NCBI GenBank assembly: GCA_965223845.1
Contig: CBDCXR010000004.1
Location: forward strand, 2,016,001-2,080,000
Direction of reading: 5' to 3'
From: Planctomycetota bacterium
GTDB taxonomy: Bacteria; Planctomycetota; UBA8108; SXIK01
DNA: 64,000 bases
In this document: piece after piece, positions 21,674 to 31,530 of the stretch
Numbering within the stretch: the first letter of the stretch is position 1
Layout of the letters: each line of letters opens with the position of its first letter
Notes under the pieces: generated by a model
Database searches by the model: none
What the model was told of the DNA's origin: nothing
What the model saw: the letters and a program-made list of their open reading frames with translations, nothing else
Translations under genes and position numbers: made by a program

Positions 21674-21857
21674 GCGACCTCAAGGCCGTCTCGCTCAGCA
21701 AGCCATCCGGAGAGTCAGACCGATGGGCTCCGACTTGCGTCCGCTCAACTCGAGACCGACCGTCTTTCGCGACCCTCGCGGATCGCCTTCGACCGCCGGC
21801 GCTGACCGGTCCGAACGCGACTGGAGCTCAACCACCGAGCGCTCTCTCGGAGAGCTG

Positions 21858-22226
21858 TTAGCGCCGACGCGCCTTCTTGCGAGTGGCCTTCTTCTTGGCC
21901 TTCTTGCGAGTCGCCTTCTTCTTGGCTTTCTTGCGAGTGGCCTTCTTCTTGGCCTTCTTGCGAGTCGCCTTCTTCTTGGCTTTCTTCTTGGTCGCTTTCT
22001 TGCGAGTGGCCTTCTTCTTAGCCTTCTTCTTGGCCTTCTTGCGAGTCGCCTTCTTCTTTGCGACTTTCTTCTTCGCTTTGCGCTTGGTCTTCTTCTTCGC
22101 GACCTTCTTCTTCGCGGCCTTCTTCTTGGTGGCCTTCTTCTTAACCTTGCGCTTGGCCTTCTTCTTCGCGACCTTCTTCTTCTTGGCAGCCTTCTTCTTG
22201 GCTACTCTCTTTTTCTTCTTCGCCAT
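21858..22226 (-). CDS. Histone H1-like Lys/Arg-rich nucleoid protein
   Basis: 122 aa using only M, A, K, R, V, T, with tandem 'KKKATRKKA' repeats. Strong SD (AAAGGAG) upstream and a terminator downstream. Confidence 0.82.
   Translation of the reverse strand: MAKKKKRVAKKKAAKKKKVAKKKAKRKVKKKATKKKAAKKKVAKKKTKRKAKKKVAKKKATRKKAKKKAKKKATRKKATKKKAKKKATRKKAKKKATRKKAKKKATRKKAKKKATRKKARRR
21870..22060. repeat. Imperfect 27-bp coding tandem repeat (KKKATRKKA)
   Basis: Repeated 'gccttcttgcgagt(g/c)gccttcttcttg' units. Confidence 0.85.
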
Positions 22227-23925
22227 ATCCGTTCTCCTTTGAAAGGCGTAAGAGAAACCCTAACAGTCCGCTGAAGGAGCGCTCCACGACAAACGCCGAG
22301 CGACGCTTCGATCAGGTCAGCACCGAGGTACGCAGGAGGTTGCCCTTCCGCGAGGCTCGAGTCGAAATGGGCGAACCGCATTCGACGCTGGTGGGTCTGA
22401 CTCTCTCAACGAGCTGTGAAGACACCGACAACACTCGAGTTCGTCCGGCGAAGCCCAACACAGTGCTTCGTTACCAAACGATCTCCTTAGCTCCCTGCGA
22501 GGAACCACGGCCAGGCGTCTTCCATGCCTGACGCCGGATCGACCGTGTCGATCCCGCCGTGGGCCGATTCGCGAGCACTGACTCCGAGTCTGACGCGTCG
22601 AAGACCTCGGGGCTGGCTCGAGTGACGGACCGCGCGAGATCGTGGTCCGCTCACAGGTCACTCACCGGTTCTACCTTCTCCTCTCGCGTCGTCGCCGTTC
22701 ACTTCGGCTCCCCGACTCGCGCTCGGCGCCGTTCACTAAGCTTGGCGGCCGAATTCTTCCGGCCGCCGAACCGAACGACTCTCCGGCGATGGTCAGGGTG
22801 CCGCGCGCGCAAGGCTTCGGAGTCGAGAGCATGCCTCTCTCTCCTCCCGTCATGCCGAGCTGCCCGATGGAGCCCGAACAGCAGACGCGACTGTAACCTG
22901 TTCCGTGAACCTCTTCCTTCAACACCTCCGCCCGCGCGCGCCGTCGCGATCGTTTGATCCGCAACTCCCGCGATCTCGGTCACCCGAAAGAGCGGGCTCA
23001 GCTTCATTCGCATCGCGATCTGCGTGGCTTCGTTGCTCACGCTGTGAACGCTACGCAAGGCTCGATTGCTTTTTGTACAAGGTCGTCAAAAAAGTAAAGA
23101 ACATTTTGCTAAAATTGCCAGAAAAAAGTTGACGCGCACTCTGCTATCGCAACAGACATCGCAAGTGCGATTCGCGCAGCGGACGCGCGTTCTTACATGC
23201 GAGTCCGTCGTCGACGCGCAGACGTGAACGAGTCTCCCTCACACCCGTCGAGACTCGCCTCCGCGCCTCGTTCGCAGCGTGTCGGCGATCTCGGTTACGC
23301 TGAGCCATCGTCCGCGATGTTCACGCCGGCAGCACTCGCACCGACACGTCTCCGAGAGAGTCGAAGGAGAACGCGAAAAGCCCCAAGCCGCGCGAATTCA
23401 TCGAAGATTTCGCACATTCTCGCGAAATCGACGCTCCGCTCGTCGGCTCGTACACGACGGCGTAGAGGACGTGAACGCGCGTCCGGAGCGGCGTGGGAAC
23501 GCGCTCGCGTCGACGCTCGGCTCGACTCGAGCCCAGCGCGAGCGCGCGAGCGCCGCGGCGGATGGCACCTCGTCTTCCGAGGGACGCGAACAGCGCGTTC
23601 GGCAACGCGGGAATCGTCGACGAGGAACGCGGTGCGATCGCACCTAGCGACTCCTTCGTCGCTAGTTCAAAGCGACAAAAAAAACTTCGCTAGTGCGTTC
23701 CGAGAAGTCGCGCGCACAGATGCCCTCGTCGCGTCGCAAACCGGTTCCACGAGGAAGGTCGACCGCGCTCCCGCGCTCGCGAACGCTCGTCTACGATGCA
23801 CGCTCGAACTCTCCGATCGCGGCGCTCGCGTGCGCTGAGGCACACTCCTCCCACGCTCGGCGCACTGAGGTTTTTCGTCCTTGTTCGGGTCGCTTCGGGT
23901 CGCGTTCCCGCAGGGGGTTTCGGGA

Positions 23926-23954
23926 TTGCATCGCTATTTGGCGAGGCCTACAAT
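23926..23954 (+). promoter_or_regulatory. Sigma70-type promoter upstream of the cohesin-dockerin gene
   Basis: TTGCAT-17 nt-TACAAT. Confidence 0.6.
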
Positions 23955-24451
23955 AGGCTCCAATCTCTCGTTTCGCGCGCTGAGTACGGCGCTTCGGAGG
24001 GACCCTTCAGAGGTCTCAATCTCGTCGCGAGTCGCGGCGAAGGGCTCCCTTTGCCCTCTCTCCGAACGCACCGAGTTCTCGGCGGAAGGCGGCGCTTCAG
24101 GGTCACGCGCGGATCGCTTCGATCGGCCGGATGACGGGCGCCCGAGCGGTCAACGAGACGACTTAGCAGAACGTGGCCGACTCCCTCCCGGACGAAGTCC
24201 TTCTGCGGCCAAACGAGGAATTTCCCATCAATTCACAATGGACGGGGTCGCGGTCGTAAGAGAGGGCCGCGATGGCCGTCGCTTCGCGGTCTCGATTCCG
24301 GGTCTCTTTACGTTCCTAGTTTCGACCATCGGCAGCCCTCGAGGCATTCGCGGCTCGAGCGCGAGTGGCGGGGCGCGGAACGGCAACCGAATCGGACGTC
24401 TAAATCTGTGCAAATAGGTTGTTTCGGCAGGAATACATCTGAGTGATCGAC

Positions 24452-25867
24452 ATGATTCGACGTGCTTTGCTCTCCACCTTCGTCGCTCTCGTTGCCGCCG
24501 GTTTCGGCGGTGAGCTGAGAGCCGAGAACGCAGTGGGACTCGGAGATGGCCAAGCCGATCCCGGCCAGGTCGCCGACGTTCCCGTGACCGTCAGCGGCGA
24601 CGCAGACATTCAAGGCGCCGTAGTGGTCTTCGAGTGGGCCGCCGACCGCGGGACCGGTGAAAGTCTCGAGGCGGGCGCTCCCGTCGCGAACGCAGACCTC
24701 GTCGTGACTCGCGTCGAGAGCTCGTTCATGGTGTTTTCGGTCGTCATGGACACGGACGGCCAAGACGCGGCGGTGATTCCGGCCGGCAACGGCACGGTCG
24801 TCGCGACGGCCAAGATTCGCTGCGCCGCCGACAACGACGGGACGCGCACGACGATCCGTCTCGTCGACAACAAGTACGCCACGATCGACGGCGGCCCCAC
24901 GCTCACCAACCTGATTGTGAGCGGCGGTCAGTCGATCTCGGCGAACGAAGGTCTCGTGCACCAGGCCGGTTCGTTCACGTGCGGCGAAGTCGGTGGTGGC
25001 GACGGTCCGCCAATGTTCGCCTGCGGCGGTGAGCTCGACGACAACGGCATGCCGACGGACGTCGTCGGTCGCCACGAGACCGCCCCCACGGTGTGCTTCT
25101 ACTACAAGTCGCCCGGCCGCGGGATCGGCGATCACGAAGACGAGATCCAGGGCCTCTCGATGGCCGTCACGTACGACTGCGCCCTCACCGCGCAGGAAGA
25201 CACGTTCTCCCTCGAGGGCGGTGTCCTCGCGGCGGACGGCGTCAACGCCGAGTTCGTCCACATCGACGTCGATAACAACAGCCGCGGCACCGACGGCGAC
25301 GGCTGCGAGTTTATCCTCGGCGTCCTCGTGGATGCCGTCGCGCCCTTCGACGGGCGTACGCTTCCGTCGACCTCGACGTTCAGCCGCCTCTTCTGCATGG
25401 ACTTCTTCATCGAGGATGACGCCATGTGCGATCACTGCCTCTGGATCAAGTTCATGGACGGGCTGAACGGGAACGGCACCCCGCCGGTCAAGAACCTCGT
25501 CGCCATCGACTTCTTCTCGCAGCGTCCGCAGACGATGGACTGCCGCGTGTGCGTCGAGGGCGAGGCGGAGTTCATTCGCGGCGACTGCAACTTCTCCGGC
25601 GAGATCATGATGGGCGTCGATATTGCCGACGCCGCGGCGATGGTCGGCCACTTCTTCCTCGATCCGCCCTGGAAGTTCGACGCGCCCTGTCAGGATGCCT
25701 GCGACGCGAACGACGATGGCCGTCTCGACGCGGCAGACGTCGTGTTCATTCTCGAATACCTCTTCGTTCCGGAGAAGCCGCAGCCGCCGGCCCCGGGCCC
25801 GATCTTCCCCGGCTTCGACGAGACGCCGGACGAGCTCGGCTGTGAGGGTGGACCGAAGAAGTGCTGA
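24452..25867 (+). CDS. Secreted protein with two cohesin-like beta-sandwich domains and a C-terminal dockerin-like domain (scaffoldin-like)
   Basis: Signal peptide (…ELRA/EN). Cohesin-like segments 'GQVADVPVTVSGDADIQGAVVVFEW' and 'EIQGLSMAVTYDC'. Tail 'FIRGDCN...DIADAAAMV...CQDACDANDDGRLDAADVVFILEYLF'. Confidence 0.75.
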   Translation: MIRRALLSTFVALVAAGFGGELRAENAVGLGDGQADPGQVADVPVTVSGDADIQGAVVVFEWAADRGTGESLEAGAPVANADLVVTRVESSFMVFSVVMDTDGQDAAVIPAGNGTVVATAKIRCAADNDGTRTTIRLVDNKYATIDGGPTLTNLIVSGGQSISANEGLVHQAGSFTCGEVGGGDGPPMFACGGELDDNGMPTDVVGRHETAPTVCFYYKSPGRGIGDHEDEIQGLSMAVTYDCALTAQEDTFSLEGGVLAADGVNAEFVHIDVDNNSRGTDGDGCEFILGVLVDAVAPFDGRTLPSTSTFSRLFCMDFFIEDDAMCDHCLWIKFMDGLNGNGTPPVKNLVAIDFFSQRPQTMDCRVCVEGEAEFIRGDCNFSGEIMMGVDIADAAAMVGHFFLDPPWKFDAPCQDACDANDDGRLDAADVVFILEYLFVPEKPQPPAPGPIFPGFDETPDELGCEGGPKKC

Positions 25868-25897
25868 TCGCGGTTCCCGCGTAATCAGCGACGACCC

Positions 25898-25947
25898 GAA
25901 GCCGGGCGGTGACTCACGCGAGTCGCCGCCCGGCTTCTTTTTTTTTT
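25898..25947 (+). terminator. Strong intrinsic terminator
   Basis: GAAGCCGGGCGGTGACTC-acgc-GAGTCGCCGCCCGGCTTC followed by T10. Confidence 0.9.
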
Positions 25948-26035
25948 GCGCGGGCCGCGGTCGGATTCCGCGAACCGAAGTCTTCCGGCACCATCCACGG
26001 GGCGCCCGCGCGGCTCCATGACGCGCCGTGTAATC

Positions 26036-26818
26036 TCAGGCGCAGGTGTGAACGAGTCCCGCGAGCTCCGCCGCGAGCACGTCTCCCGACGGATAAGCGT
26101 GACCGCGGTGCTGACGAAATCCTTCGCCGTACGCCACCCCCGCCGCCTTTCCGCGCTCAGCGGCCCAGCGGCGCGCGCTGTCGAGGTACTCGTCCACTCC
26201 GTGATGCGCGCGGAGCCATTCCCGCTGCGTTGCGTGCTCCGCGAGGGCCGATAGCTTCCGCTCGAGGGAAGTCTCGACGTCGACGACGATCGCGGGCGAC
26301 ACCGGTCGCCCGAAGGAATCGACGCCGGCGATCGGATCGGCGTAGTAGAGCGCCGGAATCGCGTCGAGCGGAGCCGAGGTGCGCCGCGGCGCCGGCGCGT
26401 TCGGAATCGGCGCGCCGAACGTCGCCGCGCGCGCGACGAGCGAGATCTGCTCGTGGTCGAGCATGTAGTCGGACGGGCTGTGAGTGAGAACGACACGCGG
26501 CCGCACCACGCGGAGAAGCCCGATCGCATCGCAGAGCATCGCGTCGTCGTACCTGACACAGAGATCGCGTCGCTCGAGACAGTGGTAGACACCTCCGAGC
26601 CGGCGCGCCCCGCGGACCGCTTCAGCCCGGCGGAGGGACGCGATGTCCTGCGGTTCTTTTTCGGACGATCCGCAGTCGCCGGGCGTCGCGGTCGCGATGT
26701 GGACCGTCCAACCCGCGTCGGAGAGCAGGGCGAGCGTGCCGCCGCAGAGGATTTCCGCGTCGTCCGGATGCGCCATCAACGCGAGCACCGACGGCGCGTC
26801 GGCCCTCCCATCGTTCAC
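26036..26818 (-). CDS. PIG-L/LmbE family deacetylase
   Basis: 'AHPDDAE', 'T.GD.G', 'RRAEA', 'HSPSDYMLDHE', 'HATQ' motifs. Confidence 0.92.
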   Translation of the reverse strand: MNDGRADAPSVLALMAHPDDAEILCGGTLALLSDAGWTVHIATATPGDCGSSEKEPQDIASLRRAEAVRGARRLGGVYHCLERRDLCVRYDDAMLCDAIGLLRVVRPRVVLTHSPSDYMLDHEQISLVARAATFGAPIPNAPAPRRTSAPLDAIPALYYADPIAGVDSFGRPVSPAIVVDVETSLERKLSALAEHATQREWLRAHHGVDEYLDSARRWAAERGKAAGVAYGEGFRQHRGHAYPSGDVLAAELAGLVHTCA

Positions 26819-26940
26819 GAATCACCTCGTTCTCGCACTTCGTTCACCTCGCCCTCCGCCGTCGCGACGGGAAGCTAGCGACTGGCGCTCTGCCGAGGCG
26901 CGTGGTTCCATGAGCGCGTCGCAGCCGCCGCCGGAGCATC

Positions 26941-28257
26941 ATGCCGCAAATCCCTACCCGAGCCCACTCTCCCTCGGATCGACCGCCCCCGGCGGGAAGG
27001 CTCGAGATCTTCTCGTGGATGCTCTTCGACTTCGCGAACTCGAGCTACACCACGGTCGTGATCACGGTCGCGTTCGCGGTGTACTTCGTCGAGGCGGTCG
27101 CACCCGCCGGTACGGACGGGCAGCTCTACTGGGGAGCCGCGATCGCCGTGTCGCAGTTCCTCGTTCTCTGTACGGCGCCGATCATCGGCGCGATCGCAGA
27201 CTACTCCGCGGCGAAGAAGAAGCTCCTGCTCGTCACGTTTATCGGCTGCGTGGCCGCGACCGCCGCGCTCGGCGTCGTTCGACCGGGGGATCTCTGGCTC
27301 GGCTTTGCGCTCCTCGTCGCGTCGAACGTCTTCTTCTCGAGCGGCGAGAACCTCATCGCGGCGTTCCTTCCCGAGATCGCCCCGCCCGACAAGATGGGAC
27401 GCATCAGCGGCTACGGTTGGGCGCTCGGCTACATCGGCGGTCTCGGCTCGCTCTTCGCGTGCTACCCGTTCTTCGCGGACGGATTCGGCGCCGAGAACAG
27501 CGTGAACATCCGCTGGGCGTTCGTCCTCGTCGCCTGCTTCTTCTTTGCGGGAGGACTGCCGACGGCTCTCTTTCTCCGCGAACGCGCCGTCGCCACGCGC
27601 CGAGCGACGGGTCGGAGCTACGCCGCGATCGGGTTCTCGCGGGTCTTCGGCACGCTGCGCGACCTGCGCGGGCACCGGCAGCTCTTTCGCTTCCTCGGGG
27701 TGTTCCTCGTCTACAATTGCGGCGTCCAGATCGTCATCACCTTCGGTGCGATCTTCGCCGAGTCCGAAATCGGAATGAGCGGCGGAGAGCTCATGATCTT
27801 CTTCATGATCCTCCAGGTCTCGGCGGCCGTGGGGGCGTTCGGATTCGGCGTGTTTCAGGACCGCGCGGGAGCGAAGGCCGCGCTCGCCCTCTCGCTTCTC
27901 GTCTGGATCGGCGTGACGCTCGGCGCGTACGTCGCCGAGACCGCGACTCATTTCTACGTTGTCGGGAACCTCGCCGGAGTCGCGATGGGCTCGGCGCAGA
28001 GCGGTGCCCGTGCGCTCGTCGGCACGTTCTCGCCGCCGGGACGGAGCGGCGAGTTTTTCGGATTTTGGGGGCTCGTGTGGAAGCTGAGCGCCGCGCTCGG
28101 CCCGCTCATGTTCGGGTTCGCGAGCTCGCAGCTCGGAATGCGATCGGCCGTCCTCCTCACGACGCTCTTCTTCGTCGTGGGCGTAGTCGGACTCACCTTC
28201 GTGGACGAACGCGAAGGGCGCCGGGAAGCCGAGTCAACTGAGACTCCAAAACGCTGA
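26941..28257 (+). CDS. MFS transporter, UMF1/Atg22-like
   Basis: 'WMLFDFANSSY', 'GAIADYS..KK', 'GRISGYGWALGYIGG', 'GEFFGFW'; about 12 TMs. Confidence 0.9.
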   Translation: MPQIPTRAHSPSDRPPPAGRLEIFSWMLFDFANSSYTTVVITVAFAVYFVEAVAPAGTDGQLYWGAAIAVSQFLVLCTAPIIGAIADYSAAKKKLLLVTFIGCVAATAALGVVRPGDLWLGFALLVASNVFFSSGENLIAAFLPEIAPPDKMGRISGYGWALGYIGGLGSLFACYPFFADGFGAENSVNIRWAFVLVACFFFAGGLPTALFLRERAVATRRATGRSYAAIGFSRVFGTLRDLRGHRQLFRFLGVFLVYNCGVQIVITFGAIFAESEIGMSGGELMIFFMILQVSAAVGAFGFGVFQDRAGAKAALALSLLVWIGVTLGAYVAETATHFYVVGNLAGVAMGSAQSGARALVGTFSPPGRSGEFFGFWGLVWKLSAALGPLMFGFASSQLGMRSAVLLTTLFFVVGVVGLTFVDEREGRREAESTETPKR

Positions 28258-28272
28258 TCCCGTCGCGCGGCT

Positions 28273-29373
28273 TCACTCGTCGGCGGAGATCCACACGACG
28301 CCTGCCTCGGAGCCGGGATCCTGAGAGTCGTCACCCGCCGGGACCCATCGGAGCCCGGCCCGGGCGAGCGGATGAGCGAGGCGATACGTGACCCGGTGGC
28401 TGGGATCGGCGCGAAAGACGACCAGCTCGGCGGGGGCGTGTCCGTCGTCGCCGCGAACCCAAGATCCGGCGCGGGGGGGCTCGAACGCGACGATCTGCGC
28501 CGACTCCGGCAGCCGAGGAAACGAGCCCGGCGGCCAGGCGAACGATCGGAGCGGCGCGGTGGGCGGTTTCGCCGGCGCGGCGACGAGAAGCTCCGGGCGG
28601 AGCGCAATCTCGCCTTTCTGCTCGCGCCACGTCCGAACGTAGGTCGCCGCGATGCGGAGCGTGGCTCCGGGCGGGAGCGCGATCGCGGCGTCCGCTGCGA
28701 ACGAAAACTCGTCCTCGCCGCGCGTCCAGGTCCCGACGAGCTGAGAAGTCGAACCGTTTTCTACGAAGAGTCGACCGCGTCGGAGCGGAGCACCGGCACC
28801 GTCGGCGAGCTTCCACGCGTGGAGGAACGACTGCTCGCCGGCAGGGAACGACGCCTCGACCGTGACGCTCGCCTCACCGTCCGCGAGACGGAAGCTAGCG
28901 GACGACACGAACCGAGACCAAGTGCGCTCGATCGGCGGCGGCTCGCCCTCCGCCCGCCCTCCCTCCGCCTTCGCTCGCTCCGGCGCCCCGCCGCTCGCCC
29001 AGCTGACGATCGTGTCGATCTCTCGCGCCGAAAGACGAGAGCCGTTCTTCAGCGCGACGCCTCCGTCGACGTAGAGGGGCGGCATGTTCCGCTCGAGCAC
29101 CTGCTCCTTGATCGACTCCGCCCAAGGCCGAGCGGACGCGTACTCGCGAAGAGAGAACGGCGTCCCGCCACCGGGGCGATGGCAGCGCGTGCAGTGGCGT
29201 TCGAGGATCGGCAGAATGTCTTCGGAAAACCGGAACTTCGTGGTGACCGGCGTGTGCGCGGCCAGCTCGCCCACACCGAGCGAGAGGAGGCAGAGCGCAA
29301 GCCGGAAGACCGGCGCGGGCGGGAGGAAGCAGACTCCCGATCGGCGCGCTCTCTCGGTGGGTGGTTGATTCAT
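28273..29373 (-). CDS. Exported mono-haem cytochrome c domain protein
   Basis: Signal peptide, then 'FSEDILPILERHCTRCH..GG.TPFSL..Y..ARPWA..IKEQVL...MPP' (CxxCH plus a candidate Met ligand) and a beta-rich C-terminus. Start uncertain (29373 or 29487). Confidence 0.78.
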   Translation of the reverse strand: MNQPPTERARRSGVCFLPPAPVFRLALCLLSLGVGELAAHTPVTTKFRFSEDILPILERHCTRCHRPGGGTPFSLREYASARPWAESIKEQVLERNMPPLYVDGGVALKNGSRLSAREIDTIVSWASGGAPERAKAEGGRAEGEPPPIERTWSRFVSSASFRLADGEASVTVEASFPAGEQSFLHAWKLADGAGAPLRRGRLFVENGSTSQLVGTWTRGEDEFSFAADAAIALPPGATLRIAATYVRTWREQKGEIALRPELLVAAPAKPPTAPLRSFAWPPGSFPRLPESAQIVAFEPPRAGSWVRGDDGHAPAELVVFRADPSHRVTYRLAHPLARAGLRWVPAGDDSQDPGSEAGVVWISADE

Positions 29374-29536
29374 CGGTCGATCCAAGCGATGACTTCTCTG
29401 GCCGACTTGACCCCTCTCCGCTCTCGCACGGACGGCTGCGAGCTGCGATGATCGGCGCGAACGAAACCACTCCCTCGACGACTCCATTCACGTCCCCATC
29501 CCTTCCACGATAGCCGCCGATCGCCCGCTCGTCACC

Positions 29537-30841
29537 GTGAACCGCCCTCGAGTTTCTTCGTCCCGTTCAGCCACTTTCCTGTCCCGAGCGCTCGTCGTAG
29601 TCCTCGCGTTGGCGGGAGCGAGCTGCGACGGCGACCGCGCGGCCGCACCCGCACCCTCACCGCCGGCGGCCACGGGCGCGAGCGGACCGTGGATCTGCCA
29701 CATGTGTACGGGGGTGAGCGGCCCGGAGGGTGGACAGTGCTCGCGCTGCGGCATGCGGCTCGTCCCCGCGAGCCCGGACGTCTCGTGGGTCTGTCTCACG
29801 CACCTCGACGAGGGCGCGATCGACATCGAATCCGGCGCGTGCCGGACCTGCGGCGAAGCCTTCGTCCCAACGGCGACGCGCGAGGTCTACACGTGCGCCC
29901 GCCATCCCGGGATCTCACTCGACGAGGCGGGCGAATGTCCTCTCTGCGGCGCCCATCTCGCCGCCGGACGCGTCGCCGTCACCTGGAGTTGTGCCCAGCA
30001 CCCGAAACACCGCGCGATCGGCGCGCGCGCGGGCGAACCGCCCCGCTGCAGCGACTGCGACGCGAGCCTCCAGGAGATGCGCTCGCCGCTTCCCCACGGC
30101 GACCACACCCCGAAACACGGGGGAGTCTTCTTCATGGCCGCGAATCGCTGGCATCACCTCGAAGGCACGCTGCCCGTCGCCGGCGAGTTTCGTCTCTTCC
30201 TCTACGACAACTTTACGCGTCCCCTCGACGCCGCGGACGTGGAGGCGCGCGCGATCATCACCGAATGGCTCGAGAGCGGAGAATCTCGCGCGGTCGGGGA
30301 TCCGGTTCCGCTCACCCGAGCCTCCGAGAACGAGTCGAACGTCCTCGTCGCTCGCTCCCCGCGACTCGAGCCGCCGCTCGACCTTCAAGTCGAGATCCGG
30401 CTCGACGCCGGGCGAGAAACCGAGAAGTTCGATTTTCGGTTCGAGACGATCACGGTCGAGCCCACCGCGGACGATGCGGAACCGGCGATCCCGCTCGAGC
30501 GAGTCGAGATTCCGTCCTCCCCGGAGGAGATCGTGGCCGCGGTGAAGCGACGCGCCGAGCTCGTCCGAAGGGCGCTCAGGGAGCGACGTCTCGCCGAGCT
30601 CTTTCGTCCGGCGCTCGAAGCGAAAGACCTCGCGCTCGCCCTCGAGGATTACCGCGACGACCTCGCGGCCCCCGACCGAATCGCGCTCGAACGAGCGCTC
30701 CAGGACGTCGTGCGCGGTGCGTGGCGCCTCGATCTCTACGGCGACGCCGGAAACCTCGAAGGCGCGACCGCCGCTGCGGTCGAGTTCGCCCGCGGGGTAG
30801 GGGAAATCGCGCGCATCTTCGCCGCGGCGGACGAGCCGTGA
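29537..30841 (+). CDS. Lipoprotein with four heavy-metal-binding-domain (HMBD)-like repeats
   Basis: Lipobox 'AGASC'; four 'C..H/C.......G.C..CG..L' units; His-rich 'HGDHTPKHGG...HHLEG'. Confidence 0.8.
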   Translation: MNRPRVSSSRSATFLSRALVVVLALAGASCDGDRAAAPAPSPPAATGASGPWICHMCTGVSGPEGGQCSRCGMRLVPASPDVSWVCLTHLDEGAIDIESGACRTCGEAFVPTATREVYTCARHPGISLDEAGECPLCGAHLAAGRVAVTWSCAQHPKHRAIGARAGEPPRCSDCDASLQEMRSPLPHGDHTPKHGGVFFMAANRWHHLEGTLPVAGEFRLFLYDNFTRPLDAADVEARAIITEWLESGESRAVGDPVPLTRASENESNVLVARSPRLEPPLDLQVEIRLDAGRETEKFDFRFETITVEPTADDAEPAIPLERVEIPSSPEEIVAAVKRRAELVRRALRERRLAELFRPALEAKDLALALEDYRDDLAAPDRIALERALQDVVRGAWRLDLYGDAGNLEGATAAAVEFARGVGEIARIFAAADEP

Positions 30842-31530
30842 GCGACGCGCAGCTGACGGTGGATGTCCTCTACGAGGACGAAGCACTCGTCGTCGTCGAC
30901 AAGCCGGGCGGCATCCTCTGCCACCGCACCCGTGAGTCGTCCGACCGCGTGTTTCTCCTCCAGACGGTGGGGCGACAACTCGGTGCGCACCTCTATCCGA
31001 TCCATCGGCTCGACCGAGCGACCTCGGGGGCGATCGTGTTCGCTCGTAGCTCGAGCGATGCGCGACGACTACAGGAGTCCCTCACGGGGCCGGGCGCGCG
31101 GAAGGAGTACCTCACTCTCGTTCGCGGGAGCACACCGGAACTCTGGGAGTCGACGCGGCCGCTCTCGAAGACGAAGGGGAACCGCCAACCGGCTCACACC
31201 TCATTCGAAAAAATCGCGGAGTTCTCGCGCTGCTCGCTTCTCCGCGCGCGGCTTCACACCGGTCGGCGCAATCAGATCCGGCGCCACCTCGCGCACGCGG
31301 CGCATCAGGTGCTCGGCGATACCTCGTACGGAAAAGGGCGGATCAATCAGTACTTCCGGGAACACTACGGACTTCCGCGGCTCTTCCTCCACGCCCACCG
31401 CCTGGAGATCGACCACCCGCGGACGGACGAGCGGGTGACGTTCGTCGCGCCGCTCGCGACGGATCTCCGCGAGTTTCTCCTGCGCCTACCGGACGTGGAG
31501 CCGGACCTTCTCATCGCAAACGGGCTCTGA
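30838..31530 (+). CDS. truC: RluA-family pseudouridine synthase, TruC-like
   Basis: GTG at 30838 (GTGA overlap). 'LYEDEALVVVDKPGG', catalytic 'HRLDRATSG', 'TGRRNQIRRHL', 'GDTSYG', 'RLFLHA'. No S4 domain. Confidence 0.8.
   Translation: MSDAQLTVDVLYEDEALVVVDKPGGILCHRTRESSDRVFLLQTVGRQLGAHLYPIHRLDRATSGAIVFARSSSDARRLQESLTGPGARKEYLTLVRGSTPELWESTRPLSKTKGNRQPAHTSFEKIAEFSRCSLLRARLHTGRRNQIRRHLAHAAHQVLGDTSYGKGRINQYFREHYGLPRLFLHAHRLEIDHPRTDERVTFVAPLATDLREFLLRLPDVEPDLLIANGL

Noticed and set aside
21870-22060. Repeat array considered as CRISPR
   Set aside because: Contiguous 27-bp coding repeats with no unique spacers, and no cas genes in the window.
21877-22242. Hydrophobic Phe/Leu/Ala repeat ORFs on the plus strand that look like membrane proteins
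   Set aside because: They are the antisense reading of AAG-rich Lys codons. The SD and terminator support the minus-strand gene.
22227-24451. Known structured RNAs (RNase P, tmRNA, SRP, common riboswitches) in the long intergenic region
   Set aside because: I could not find their signature motifs by eye. An Rfam scan is needed to exclude them properly.
29689-30837. Apparent 613-aa pseudouridine synthase with a long N-terminal extension
   Set aside because: The extension overlaps the HMBD gene in another frame. The real start is the GTG at 30838.
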